NCBI GenBank assembly: GCA_963728565.1
Contig: CAVSLC010000023.1
Span: forward strand, 64,001-128,000
DNA length: 64,000 bases
From: an uncultured delta proteobacterium
GTDB taxonomy: Bacteria; Desulfobacterota; Binatia; UBA9968
Direction of reading: 5' to 3'
Numbering within the stretch: position 1 is the stretch's first letter; every line of letters starts with the position of its first letter. The notes beneath the pieces were generated by a model. That model was not told the DNA's origin and did not search any database. It worked only from the letters and a program-made list of their open reading frames with translations. A program made the position numbers and the translations under genes. Shown here piece after piece: positions 10,330-21,547 of the stretch.

Positions 10330-11203
10330 ATGGAATACTTTGAACCGAAATCCATAGAGGAGGCTTTGTCCTTGCTCACCACGCACGGCGCCGAAGCCAA
10401 GGTGATTGCCGGCGGCACCGACGTGATGGTGGACATCAAGTATAAGGAAGAGCCGGGCTGCCTCATCAATATCAAAAAGATCCCGGGGCTAACCGGTATT
10501 CACGAAAACGGCGGTAGTCTGCGCGTCGGGCCATTGGCGACCATCCGCGAGCTGGAGACCAACGCTATTCTGCGCGACAAGCTGCCGGTGCTTTGGGAAG
10601 CGTCGCATCAATTCGCGTCCTTACAGGTGCGCAACACCGCCACCATCGGCGGCAACATCTGCCGCGCTTCACCGTCGGGCGAAACCTTGGCGCCGCTGCT
10701 GGTGCTCGAAGCGAGCGCCAAGTGCGCTTTTTCGGAAGGCGAGAGAAACCAGCCGTTCTTGATCATTTTTTCAGGGACCGGGTAAATCCGTTCTCGGCGC
10801 GAAAGGTCTGCTGACTGAAATCGATGTGCCCTATCCGCCAGCCGGCAGCAAAGGCGTCTACTTGAAGCATGCGGTGCGCGGCGCAATGGATATCGCCATG
10901 GTCGGTGTGGCGGTCTTGATGACGCCGGATGCCGGGAAGAGCAATATACAAGATGTTCGCATCGGCTTGGGCGCGGTAGCACCGACCCCGGTTCGCGCGC
11001 CGAAGACCGAAGCGCTGCTGCGCGGCAAGCCGCTGACCGCGGCACTTTTAAACGAAGCCGGCGCGCTGGCCGCGACCGAAGCGAGTCCGATCGACGATCA
11101 GCGCAGCAGCGCCGAGAACCGGCGCTGGATCGTCGAAGCCCTGACCCGGCGAGGTCTAGAACAAACCTGGAAGGCCGCGACCGGCAAGGAGGTAGGTAAA
11201 TGA
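10330..11203 (+). CDS. Xanthine dehydrogenase-family FAD-binding (medium) subunit, frameshift ~10760
   Basis: IAGGTD and QVRNTATIGGNICRASP in 10330-10785; continuation RIGLGAVAPTPVRA...ASPIDDQRSS in 10826-11203. Confidence 0.88.
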
Positions 11204-11673
11204 GTGTCACCATCAACACGAAAATAAACGGTCAGTCGATCAGCGCCAGCACGGATGCCTCCACCTCGCTGTTGGAGTTTCTCCGCGACACGTTGGAAAT
11301 GAAGGGCAGCAAGCTCTGCTGCAACACCGGCGAGTGCGGCGCTTGCACCGTGATTTACAACGGCAAGCCGATCAACTCGTGCGTGACCATGGCTGCCGAC
11401 GCCAACGGTGCTGAGATCATCACTATCGAGGGATTAGCGGACGGCGATAAATTACATCCTGTGCAGCAGGCGTTCATCGACACCGGCGCGGTACAGTGCG
11501 GCTACTGCACGCCGGGCTATATTATGTCGGTGAAAGCGCTGCTCGATCGGACCACGAAACCCACGGCGGCGGACATCGAAGAGGCGGTCTCCGGCAACAT
11601 CTGCCGATGCACCGGCTACAACAAGATCGTTGATGCGATCCATCTCGCCGCGCAAAAGCTCCAGGTGAGATGA
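11200..11673 (+). CDS. Xanthine dehydrogenase-family 2x[2Fe-2S] (small) subunit
   Basis: CNTGECGAC..C, QCGYCTPG and CRCTGY motifs. Confidence 0.95.
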   Translation: MSVTINTKINGQSISASTDASTSLLEFLRDTLEMKGSKLCCNTGECGACTVIYNGKPINSCVTMAADANGAEIITIEGLADGDKLHPVQQAFIDTGAVQCGYCTPGYIMSVKALLDRTTKPTAADIEEAVSGNICRCTGYNKIVDAIHLAAQKLQVR

Positions 11674-11791
11674 ACCGACAAAAAAAGATTCTTTGCGCAG
11701 AGCGCAAAGACGCGGAATGTGCGCATGCGATTTTACCTTTGCGCCTTCCGGCTTGCGGGACAATTTCCTAATCCGATAAGGAGACCATGGT

Positions 11792-14081
11792 ATGGCAAAA
11801 GCTGAATTCAGAGTTGTCGGCACAAGTCCAGCCAGAATGGGCGGCGTCGAGCGTGTCATCGGCAAGGGCGTTTACGGCATCGATTTGATGCTGAAGGATC
11901 AATTGCACGGCGCCATCCTCCGCAGTCAACACGCCCATGCCAAAATCGTCAGCATTGACACCAGCGAAGCGAAGAAGGTCGCCGGCGTTCATGCCGTGGT
12001 CACTGCCGCCGATGCGCCCAACGTGCGTTACGGGCGCAGCTACATGGATCGGCATATTCTGGCGCGGGATAAAGTGCGTTTTATGGGCGACCCTGTCGCC
12101 GCGGTCGCCGCCGAATCTCCGGCGATCGCCAAACAAGCCCTTAAGAAAATAAAAGTCGTTTACGAGCCTCTGCCGGTGGCGCTCGATCCCGAAGAGGCCA
12201 CCAAACCAAATGCGCCGACCCTGCACGAAGACATGCCGCTGCCGAAAACCATTGCCGCAGACGCCGGGCCTTAAAAATATTTGCGGCCACACCGTTGTTC
12301 ATGTTGGCGATGCGGAAAAAGCGATGGCCGAAGCGGATATCGTGGTCGACGAAGTCTACGAGACCAAGATGATCCATCCGCAGTATCTGGAGCCGCGCAT
12401 CGCCGCGGCGCAGATGGAACCGAACGGCCGCCTCACGGTCTGGGCCAATGCCCAGGCGCCGTTCCCGGTGCGCCAGGAGGTGGCGAAAATGTTGGGGCTG
12501 TCGCTCAACAATGTGCGCGTGATCTCCGCCGGGCTCGGCGGCGGTTTCGGCGGCAAGGGCAGCGGCATAACCTCGGGCGCCGCCGTCGAACCGATCTGCG
12601 GGCTGTTGGCGATGAAAGCCAAGCGGCCGGTGATGATCGTCCTCGACAAAGCCGAAGAAACCATTTCGACGACGATCCGTTCCGGCGCCCGCATGTACAT
12701 CAAAACCGGCGTCAAAAAGGACGGCACCATCGTCGCCCGCACTGGCAAAGTTTTTTACGACGCGGGTGGCTACTCGGGCTTCGGCGTGCAAGCCGGCGGC
12801 CGCTGCACCAACATGCTCGGCGGCTGGTACTTGATGCCTAATTGCCACATCGAGGGCTACAGCATTTACACCAACAAGCAGGTCTGCGGCCCGGTGCGCG
12901 GTCCCGGCGGCCCGCAGGCTGCGTTCGCCGTGGAATCGCATATGGATTCCATCGCCGCCAAGCTCGGCATGGATCCGGTTGAATTCCGTCTTAAGAACGT
13001 TCCTAAAGCCGGGGACAGGATCGTCGGCGTGCCCAAGCTGCGCGATGTTTCGTTGGGTGAAACTATCCGCATCGCCAAGGAAAAAATCGGCTGGGGCAAA
13101 GTTAAACTGGAAAAAAACCAGGGCATGGGCCTCGCGACCGGGTCATGGATCGAGAGCGCCGGTCCCGGCGGCGGCGCCATCGTGAAAGTCAACGAAGATG
13201 GCTCCGTGACGGTGCATATCGGCAAAATCGACATGGGCACCATTCCCGGGTTTGGTATTCCCATGATCGTCGCCGAAGAGCTGGGCATTCCAGTAAGCGA
13301 TGTCACCGTAGTCAATGTCGACACCGACGCCAGTCCGTGGGATGCCGGCACGGTCGGCAGCCGCGGCATTCTGGTTTCCGGCACCGCATCTCGACTCGCT
13401 GCCATCGACGCGCGCAACCAGCTTTTCAAAATGGCCGCCCGCCAGCTCGAGGCGAGTCCGGACGATCTCGAGATCGTCGACAAGCAGATCCGGGTCAAAG
13501 GCACGCCAGCCAAGGCAGTAGCGCTGGCGACCGTTGCGACCAATGCGCACAACGTCATCGGCGAAGTGATCGGCCGCGGCTACTGCGACAATCTCGAATT
13601 GATGGCTGAGGAAAAAGCCCACGGCAGCTCGCAGCCGTTCACCGCGCATGCCTGCATCGTCGAGGTGAGTCCGGACACCGGCAACGTGAAGATTGTGAAA
13701 TACGTGGCTGTCCACGACATCGGCCAACCGATCCATCAAGCCGCCGTCGAAGGTCAAATCGAAGGCGCCACCGCCATGAGCATCGGCCAGGCCCTCTGCG
13801 AACAAGTCGTGTTCGACAACAACGGGAGAACGTTGAATCCTTCGTTCGTGGATTACTTGATGCCGACGATCAACATGATGCCGCGCATCGAAACGACTCT
13901 GGTGCCCGGCTATCCAGGGGCCGGTCCCTACGGCGCGAAAGGCGCCGGCGAAATCGCCTGTGTCCCGCCGATGGCCTGCATCGCCAACGCGATCTTCAAC
14001 GCCACCGGCGTGCGCATCTACAAGTTGCCGCTGAGTCCTGAGAACGTTTTGCGGGGATTGAAAGCCGCCGGCAAAACATAA
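11792..14081 (+). CDS. Xanthine dehydrogenase-family molybdopterin-binding (large) subunit, frameshift ~12265
   Basis: N-terminal a/b-hammerhead (HAHAKIVSIDTS, DKVRFMGDPVAAVAA), GGGFGGK, VRGPGGPQ, TVGSR, EGQIEG and KGAGE motifs. Confidence 0.9.
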
Positions 14082-14280
14082 GCTGCGGCAACGATGTGAC
14101 AAACGGATAGATCACAACAGTTCACATCACAGTGATCTCAGTCCATAGACGACGTGCTGCGGTTGATGTTACTGAGAGCCCGCTGCGTGGCGCGATAGGA
14201 ACATCAACCACCGGCAGCCGATGATCCGTAGGCTGCCCTGAAATTGGACAGCCGATTTGGGTAGATTAGATTCGCAGTAC

Positions 14281-14745
14281 TTAATCTCTGATCTGCAAGA
14301 TGACTTCGGTTTCGACCGGCGCTTCGTTGGCGAGAGAGGCAACTCCCACCGCGGCGCGGGCGTGCTGTCCTCGTTCCCCCCAAATTTCGATGAACAGATC
14401 GGACGCGCCATTGACCACTTGAGGCATCTTGGTAAAACCTGGAGCAACATTTACAAAGCCGAGCAGTTTGACAAAGCGCTCCACCCGATCGAGATCGCCC
14501 AACGCCGACTTGATGATTGCCAGATGATTTAGGGCGCAATGACGCGCCATCTGATAGGCTTGTTCCAGAGTTACCTGATCGCCTACTTTGCCGGCGTATA
14601 GGTGCGGCTGGCCATTGAGCCTGCCGGTGTTGCCGCCGACAAACAAGAGATTACCGACTTGAACGCAGGGAATGTAATGAGCCGCCGGTACCGGCGGCGC
14701 TGGCACTTCGATCCCAAGTTCTGCTAACTTCCTCTCAATCTCCAT
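14281..14745 (-). CDS. RidA/YjgF superfamily protein
   Basis: IERKLAELGI, LGDLDRV, VVNGASDLF..IWGERGQHARAAVGV, PVETE; RBS AGGAGGAG. Confidence 0.9.
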   Translation of the reverse strand: MEIERKLAELGIEVPAPPVPAAHYIPCVQVGNLLFVGGNTGRLNGQPHLYAGKVGDQVTLEQAYQMARHCALNHLAIIKSALGDLDRVERFVKLLGFVNVAPGFTKMPQVVNGASDLFIEIWGERGQHARAAVGVASLANEAPVETEVILQIRD

Positions 14746-15057
14746 AATCGTCTCCTCCTGCAAGTTTGGCAGCGATTCTATGCGAGAAACCAGCTGAACA
14801 ACAAGCATTAAGTCGAACTTGTATAGCAGGAGAGCCGATGTCGAATGCTTGAATGGAGGTTTAGCAAGAGTGCATAAGATTAATATGTTCTTCTATCTTT
14901 TCTTCTATCTCATCCCAGCCATCGCTTGTTAAGAGATCTAGCAGCGCGGTCGATCAAGAATCAGCCGGCAGACCACGCCCGGACCGCATATGATAGCCTT
15001 AACGCGGTGATCCCAGTTTCACGCCTTGCGCATACAAGAACGTTTCCTGCTTAGGAT

Positions 15058-15606
15058 CTATTGATCCGCCGCCGGTTTGGCCAAGCTCGATTCGACGTAG
15101 CCAGGCTGCTTGCCTCGTTTTGACTCTACCTTTATCCAGCCTTTGTCTTCTTCGACGACGTTGATAATCGTCCCTTTTGAAACCTCCGCAACCACCGGGT
15201 AATGAAGCCCGGGTCCGCTATGGAGCCGGGTATTTGCCAGTATTTCATACTTTCCGCCGACTGTCGGATCGCCGGTTGCGATCTCTTCGCCTTCACCCGG
15301 TTTGACCGAAGCCATTTCGATGAAACCTGGAATGTTGCCTTTCTTTGACACGATCAGCACCCAGTCTCCATCTCTGCCGACCACGTGAACCTTCGCTCGA
15401 GGCGGCACTTCGCCAGTAGCTCTGAACTGCGGTCCCGGCCCGGTGCGGACTTTTGTGCTTGCAACGGTGATGTAAGGGCGGAGCTGTTTATTGATATCCG
15501 GGAGGTCGTCAGGATTAGCGAGCTCCTCGCCGTTTCTGCAGCCGAAGACAGTTAGACAGACCATTGCGAACGACCATAAGATAATGTTGCTTCTTATCAG
15601 GCTCAT
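15058..15606 (-). CDS. Lipoprotein with two bacterial SH3 (SH3b) domains
   Basis: Lipobox VFGC; VRTGPGPQF...GDWVLI and LHSGPGLHY...GWIKV repeats. Confidence 0.8.
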   Translation of the reverse strand: MSLIRSNIILWSFAMVCLTVFGCRNGEELANPDDLPDINKQLRPYITVASTKVRTGPGPQFRATGEVPPRAKVHVVGRDGDWVLIVSKKGNIPGFIEMASVKPGEGEEIATGDPTVGGKYEILANTRLHSGPGLHYPVVAEVSKGTIINVVEEDKGWIKVESKRGKQPGYVESSLAKPAADQ

Positions 15607-15695
15607 CGTGCTCCTCCGGTTTTTGGGTGAATGATTATAGCACGTTTTCGATCGAGTGACCGATTAGCTGGTGCAGAAGACTCTAGATAGCGGTG

Positions 15696-16116
15696 CTAAT
15701 GTATTTCTTTCCAAACCTTGGCAAGGCTTTCACCATAGACTGATAAATCCCATTCGCAGAAATAGCCGAATGGGGTGATTCGAACGTGATAGCCGCTTTG
15801 GTTGAGCCGGTCTCCGATACTCTGGATAAGCGGCTCGGCGAAGCGCGGATCTGCAGTGTCGCCGCCGAGGTGAGTAAATGAATGGAGAACAATGGTTTCT
15901 CAGATCCCGTTTGTTTGCCAGCCATTTGATATGCTTGACCGCTTTGCGCCTGATCGAGTCCAGATGTTGCTCCGGCGTATCGGCCGCTTCGGCTTGGACG
16001 AAAATAACTACCCCATCGGTAATTTCTTCCTCGGCTTCGAGATCCGGAATTTCGGGGAGGGTTTTAGAGTGAGTTTTCCAACGGAACCGTTTCGCTTGGA
16101 AACATAGAAGTCTCAT
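15696..16116 (-). CDS. Free-standing archaeal-type threonyl-tRNA synthetase editing-domain protein (one frameshift ~15898)
   Basis: MRLLCFQA...VVIFVQAEAAD...KHIKWLANK, then in the shifted frame IVLHSFTHLG...TPFGYFCEWDLSVYGESLAKVWKEIH*. Length 421 nt = 140 codons + 1. Confidence 0.8.
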
Positions 16117-16130
16117 GACGGACCCGTTTA

Positions 16131-16697
16131 TCAATAGTAGTCTAAAAAGTTTTGTAGGACTTTCTTGCCTTCCTCGGCAAGTATCGATTCGGGATGAAAC
16201 TGGACGCCTTCGACCGGCATTTTTTTGTGCCGCACCGCCATGATAACGCCGTCCGCAGTCTGCGCGCTTACGGTTAAATCGTCCGGCAGGTTCTGTCGAT
16301 CAATTACCAATGAGTGATAACGCATTGCGGCAAACGGGTTTTTAATGCCGCGGAAAATGGTTTGCGAATCGTGAGCTACTTCCGAGAGCTTGCCATGCAT
16401 GATCGCCGGCGCTCGGACGATCTCACCGCCAAAAGCCGCTCCGATCGCCTGATGGCCAAGGCAGACGCCTAATGTTGGGATTCGCGCGCCGAAGTGGCGG
16501 ATTACGGCACAGGAAATCCCTGCTTCTTTAGGCGTGCAGGGGCCGGGAGAAATAACGATCTTCTCTGGCCCTAGCTCGGCTATTTGGTCCAAACTGATTT
16601 TATCGTTCAGATAAACTTTTACATCCGCCCCGAGCTCGCCCAGGTAGTGGTAAAGGTTGTAAGTAAATGAATCGTAATTGTCGATAAGCAGGATCAT
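16131..16697 (-). CDS. trpG: Anthranilate synthase component II (glutamine amidotransferase)
   Basis: [32 protein letters not shown] and QFHPES; start overlaps the trpE stop (ATGA). Confidence 0.93.
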   Translation of the reverse strand: MILLIDNYDSFTYNLYHYLGELGADVKVYLNDKISLDQIAELGPEKIVISPGPCTPKEAGISCAVIRHFGARIPTLGVCLGHQAIGAAFGGEIVRAPAIMHGKLSEVAHDSQTIFRGIKNPFAAMRYHSLVIDRQNLPDDLTVSAQTADGVIMAVRHKKMPVEGVQFHPESILAEEGKKVLQNFLDYY

Positions 16698-18182
16698 GCC
16701 TTGCTCCATTGTTCGGCGAGCTCCACGGCGCGAAACATCGCCCGCGCCTTATTCAGGGTCTCCTGATACTCCATCTCCGGGTCGGAGTCGGCGACAATTC
16801 CAGCTCCCGCATTGATGAATACTTTGCTGCCTTTCATCACAATCGTCCGAATGACGATGCAGGTATCCAGGTTGCCGTTATAGCCGAAGTATCCGATTGC
16901 GCCTGCATATAGCCCGCGTCTTTCCGGCTCCAGCTCGCTAATGATCTGCATCGCGCGAATCTTGGGCGCTCCAGAAACCGTTCCCGCAGGGAAGGCCGAG
17001 ACAAATAGATCAAATGGGCTCTTATCGAGCCTCGAGCTTGCCGCGCACGTTGGAAACGATGTGAATGACATGAGAGTAGCGTTCGATGCCCATGAGCTCG
17101 TTGACTTCGACACTGCCGATCTCCGCGACGCGCCCGACGTCGTTTCGTCCCAGATCGACCAACATGATGTGCTCAGCGCGTTCTTTAGGGTCGCCAAGCA
17201 GGTCGGCTTCAAGCGTCTGTTCTTCTTCCGGTGTGGCGCCCCGCGGCCGGGTTCCGGCAATCGGCCGGAGCTCAATCGTGTCGCCGGTTAGTCGCACCAT
17301 CGTTTCAGGCGACGAGCCGATGATCCGTAAATCCTCGAGCTCGAGATAGAACATGTACGGCGAAGGATTGATAAAGCGCAGAGCCCGATAAATTTCAAAG
17401 GCATCCGCAACCGTTTGGGTCTCGAGCCTCTGACATAGGACTGTTTGAATGATATCGCCCGCCTGGATGTATTCCTTGGCCTTGATAACCGCTTTCTGAA
17501 AACCGTCGCGGTTCAGATTGGAGTGAAACTGCTTCTGCGCTTTGCCATCGCTCAACTCACGAGGCTCGATTCCGCGTGGTTTCTTCTGTAGCGAGGAGAT
17601 AATTTTGCGGATTCTCTCGCTCGCTTCCTCGTAGGCGGTTCGAAGATCAGTTCCTGTTTCTAAATGGACATTGTCGATGATCTTGATGGTATGTTTCAGG
17701 TTATCGAAAGCGATGAGAGTTTGAACGAACAGAAAGAAAATCTCCGGCGCATCAAGCGGAGGGTGTTTGTTGTTGGCAATCCCGTGAAATTGCTCGACGG
17801 CATCGTAGGCGACATAACCCAGGGCGCCACCGAAAAAGGGCGGGACACCCGGTACTGTAACCGGTCGATAGTTACCCACGAGCTGTTTCAGAGTATCGAG
17901 GGGCATTTCGGAGTCTAGCTTTCTTATCTTACCGTCTTCGATGATTTCGATCTGCTTGCCTTGGCTTTTAAAAACAAGCCGGGGCCGGCTTCCCAAAAAA
18001 GAGTAACGCGCCCAACGTTCGCTACCTTCAACACTTTCCAGTAGAAAAGCGTAGCGATCCCGTTCGAGGCGCTTAAAGAATGAGAGCGGCGTTTCCAAGT
18101 CCATGAGCAGTTCCTGATAAACCGGAATCAGGTTGCCTTGCTCCGCCAGCCGGCAGAATTCTTCAAATGTCGGGTGAATCAT
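16694..18182 (-). CDS. trpE: Anthranilate synthase component I, frameshift ~17030
   Basis: LLES (Trp-feedback motif), [28 protein letters not shown]; then [15 protein letters not shown]...AGAGIVADS in the second frame. Confidence 0.93.
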
Positions 18183-18190
18183 AGGCTCAC

Positions 18191-18226
18191 AAACAAAAAG
18201 GGCCATAAGCTAACCGCCTACGGCCC
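18191..18226 (-). terminator. trp attenuator terminator hairpin
   Basis: Minus strand GGGCCGTAGGC-GGTTA-GCTTATGGCCC followed by TTTTTGTTT, just upstream of the trpE ATG. Confidence 0.85.
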
Positions 18227-18253
18227 TCCTCAATGTTAGTAAACTGACTGGAA

Positions 18254-18334
18254 TTAGCCACAGGCCGATCGGAGCGACTGCTGCCTGCGCCACCAGCTTT
18301 CAACCAAGACAACAAATCCCGACCGCTCAGTCAT
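18254..18334 (-). CDS. trpL: trp leader peptide (26 aa, MTERSGFVVLVESWWRRQQSLRSACG)
   Basis: Short ORF with tandem TGG TGG codons ending just before the antiterminator/terminator hairpins; too short for the ORF track. Confidence 0.85.
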   Translation of the reverse strand: MTERSGFVVLVESWWRRQQSLRSACG

Positions 18335-18559
18335 GGCACGAGTGTGCCTTATTGTCTTATATCGGTCAAGACGAACTGAGAGGGAGGTCGACTATCTGGA
18401 TGCAGCCAGGATAAGCTTTCGGTAATGGCGGCTATCAGCGTCTGTTTTTGGCTTTCGTTGACAAGGTGCGGTTGGCGATATAGGTTAAAACGCTTTTTTG
18501 GAACGGCCAGTAGCAGTGTATTTGGGGTTATCCGTACACAGACTGAGGCAGGAGGAGAT

Positions 18560-19339
18560 ATGGTTCGCCGCGAGAAATCTAATTACGTAATTCAATCCGT
18601 ATCGCACGCCCTGGATGTTCTCGAGCAGTTCAACGGAAATGTTGATGAGATAGGCGTAACTGAGTTGAGCAAACGATTGAAGCTCCACAAGAACAACGTT
18701 TTTCGTCTGCTGGCCACGCTTGAGGCGCGCGGTTACATCGAACAAAACAAAGTCTCGGAAAATTATCGCCTCGGCCTCAAGTGTCTGCAGCTTGGGCAAA
18801 CGTTCATACACCAGATGGGTTTGTTGTTGCAGGCCCGCGCAACTCTAGAAGAGCTGGCGAAGTCAGCTAAAGAGAGTGCGTTCGTGGCGATTCGAAAAGG
18901 CGCGGGGATTGTGCCGCTGGACTTTGTCGAGCCGGCGCGACCGGTGCGAGTTGTCTCGTTTCTAGGCTCGGTGCTGCCGCCGCATTGCACCGCGGTAGGT
19001 AAGGTATACCTTGCTTTTGAGTCGGATGGGGGTGTGTCGCTCGGCGACCTTGACCCTTTGAAGCGTTACAACGATAAGACGATTACCGATACCAGAGGGC
19101 TGGCTCAGCAGGTCAAAGAAACCGGAGAGATCGGCTATGCCATCGAGGACGGAGAGTTTATCAATGAGATCAGTTCGATCGCTGTCCCGGTCAGAGACTA
19201 CACCAGGAGTCTGGTCGGCGCACTGGCTATAGTGGGACCGAGTGATCGATTGACTCTGGAGAAGCTCCGAAACGATGTCTCGCCTTTGATTCTTGATTCC
19301 GGACGCGATCTTTCAAGACGGTTGGGGTACGCCGGATGA
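18560..19339 (+). CDS. IclR-family transcriptional regulator
   Basis: IQSVSHALDVLE, HTH (GVTELSKRLKLHKNNVFRLLATL), HCTAVGK, SIAVPVRD; RBS AGGAGGAG. Confidence 0.93.
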   Translation: MVRREKSNYVIQSVSHALDVLEQFNGNVDEIGVTELSKRLKLHKNNVFRLLATLEARGYIEQNKVSENYRLGLKCLQLGQTFIHQMGLLLQARATLEELAKSAKESAFVAIRKGAGIVPLDFVEPARPVRVVSFLGSVLPPHCTAVGKVYLAFESDGGVSLGDLDPLKRYNDKTITDTRGLAQQVKETGEIGYAIEDGEFINEISSIAVPVRDYTRSLVGALAIVGPSDRLTLEKLRNDVSPLILDSGRDLSRRLGYAG

Positions 19340-19551
19340 TTCGCTGATTGATAGGACTGCTGCACAGCTCTCGGAGGTCCGCCCGTTGATTCATAAATAC
19401 TGCTTCCTGTAGAGTCAACTTATTTACCCGACTCAGTTTGCGGCACTGGTTCGCCACATTTCGTGATGATTTACCAGCGCCGGGTTCAGTCAGGTCATCA
19501 GCTTCATTCAAATTCGATAAAGTAGACAGAGCCGGAGGTTAATAAGCGCTA

Positions 19552-21547
19552 ATGCTTACGTCGCTCGAAAAAATACTTTTCTTTCTGTTGTTGGCGGCAT
19601 CGTTCTACTACGGCGGGCGGAGATTTTACGACGTTTATCGAAGCATCGCTCGAGGCAAGCCGGATGGCCGCTTCGATCAGCTACCTAGGCGGGTCATCAA
19701 TGCTGTGGTGAATGTTGTTCTTCAGCGATCGGTCTTTCGGACGCGGCCGCTGGTTTCTTTCTTTCACGCTCTGGTTTTCTACGGATTCGTTTTTTATTTT
19801 TTAGTCAATTTAGTCGATGTGCTCGAGGGTTATGTAGCCTTGCACTCCCGGGGCGGTCTGTGGAACGCATTTAATCTGACCGCCGATATCCTAACCGCAG
19901 CTGTATTGATCGGCATTATTAGTTTGGTGATCCGGCGTTTCTTTGTCCGCCCTAAGGATTTCGACTTTCCCGCGAACGTGCCGGTCCGAGAGGGAGTACG
20001 CAAAGGCATTCGCCGCGATTCGGCGATTGTTTCGGCTTTTATACTTTTTCATGTGGGCAGCCGGCTGATGTACAAGGCCTCCCAGCTTGCCCTCGAAGGC
20101 GTGGACCCCTGGCAACCCGTGAGCACGGCATTTGCGGCGCTATTTTCCGGGATGACTCCAGGCGCGCTCGAGATTTTCCATCATTTCTTTTGGTGGGGCG
20201 CTTTAGGGTCGATCCTGGTTTTCATTCCGTACTTCCCGCGCACCAAACACATCCATTTATTCATGGCGCCGATCAATTTAGCGCTACAGAAAAAGAATCC
20301 GGGTGTGCTGCAGCCCATGGATTTTGAGAATGAGGAAGTGTTCGGCGCATCCAAATTGGAGGAGTTCGCGTGGCCGCGCCTGATGGATGCGTACAGCTGC
20401 ATCATGTGTAACCGCTGTCAGGATGTCTGTCCCGCGACCAACACCGGCAAGGCACTTAGCCCGGCAGCGATATTGATCAACGAACGATTCGAGCTAAACG
20501 ATCTTTTCCCGAAGTTTGCTGCGGGGGCGGAGAGCCCGCGCCCTTTACTCGATTTCGCTCTCAATGAAGAGGCTGCCTGGGCTTGCACCACCTGCAACGC
20601 TTGTATCGAGGTTTGTCCGGTGGGCAATGAGCAGATGCTGCACATTATCGATGTGAGGCGTGAACGCGTGTTGAGCGCCGCCGAATTTCCCAACGGCCTT
20701 AAAAACACATTCAATCAGATGGAAAAGGCAGGAAACCCATGGGGGATCGCCGCGGAGGAGCGGCTGGTCTGGGCGAAGGACTTGCCCTTCCCGGTGCCGA
20801 CGGTTGACCAGAATCCCGATCCTGAGGTGCTTTATTGGGTTGGCTGCGCGGTCTCGTTCGATCCTCGCGCACAGAAGATCGCGCGCAATATGGCGGAAAT
20901 TCTCCATTCGGCCGGTTTAAATTGGGCAGTACTAGGCAAGACTGAAAAGTGCACGGGCGATACCGCTCGCCGTACGGGCAACGAATATCTGTTTGCCCAG
21001 ATGGCCGACGAGAACGTCGCGGCGTTAAATGCTATCAAAGCGCAAAGTCATCGTCACGACTTGTCCACACTGCTTTCACACAATTGGCAATGAATACCCG
21101 CAGTTTGGCGGCAACTACGTAGTAAGACATCACACTGAATTCATTAGCGAGTTGATCCGTGATGGCAAGCTCAAGATTGAGCCAAATTCTGCTGCCGCGG
21201 TAACTTATCACGACCCTTGCTATCTTGGGCGTCACAATGGAATCTTCGAGCAGCCTCGTTCGCTGATCGAGATGACAGGCGCCAATCTCATTGAGCCTGA
21301 ACGGACTCGTAACAATAGTTTTTGTTGCGGCGCCGGTGGTGGACAGTTCTGGAAGGATGAGGAGAGAGGCAAAGAGCGGGTGAGTACCAATCGGTTTCGT
21401 GAGCTCAAGCAAACCGGCGCGCAAACTGTCGCGACCGGTTGTCCATTTTGTCTGCGAATGCTTACCGAGGAGACAGCTAAAGAAGACGGTAGCGGGCCGG
21501 AGGTGTTCGATATTGCAGAACTGGTCACAAAAAGAATTCGTAAATAG
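19552..21547 (+). CDS. Membrane-bound Fe-S oxidoreductase with CCG domains (FadF/HdrD-like), frameshift ~21040
   Basis: N-terminal TM region, CIMCNRCQDVCP and CTTCNACIEVCP 4Fe-4S motifs, WVGC, then TTCPHC, YHDPCYLGR, CCGAGGG and GCPFC. Confidence 0.88.

Noticed and set aside
11690-11760. CTTTGCG/CGCAAAG REP-like palindromes between the small and large molybdoenzyme subunits
   Set aside because: Short, degenerate and seen once in the window.
10330-14081. Aerobic CO dehydrogenase coxMSL
   Set aside because: The large subunit lacks the AYxCSFR and AYxGAGR loops, and no cox accessory genes are present.
12141-14102. Long antisense ORFs, e.g. 12141-12941 and 13143-14102 (similar ones at 27911-29083 and 48007-49041)
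   Set aside because: Shadow ORFs opposite well-supported genes in GC-rich DNA, with no recognisable motifs.
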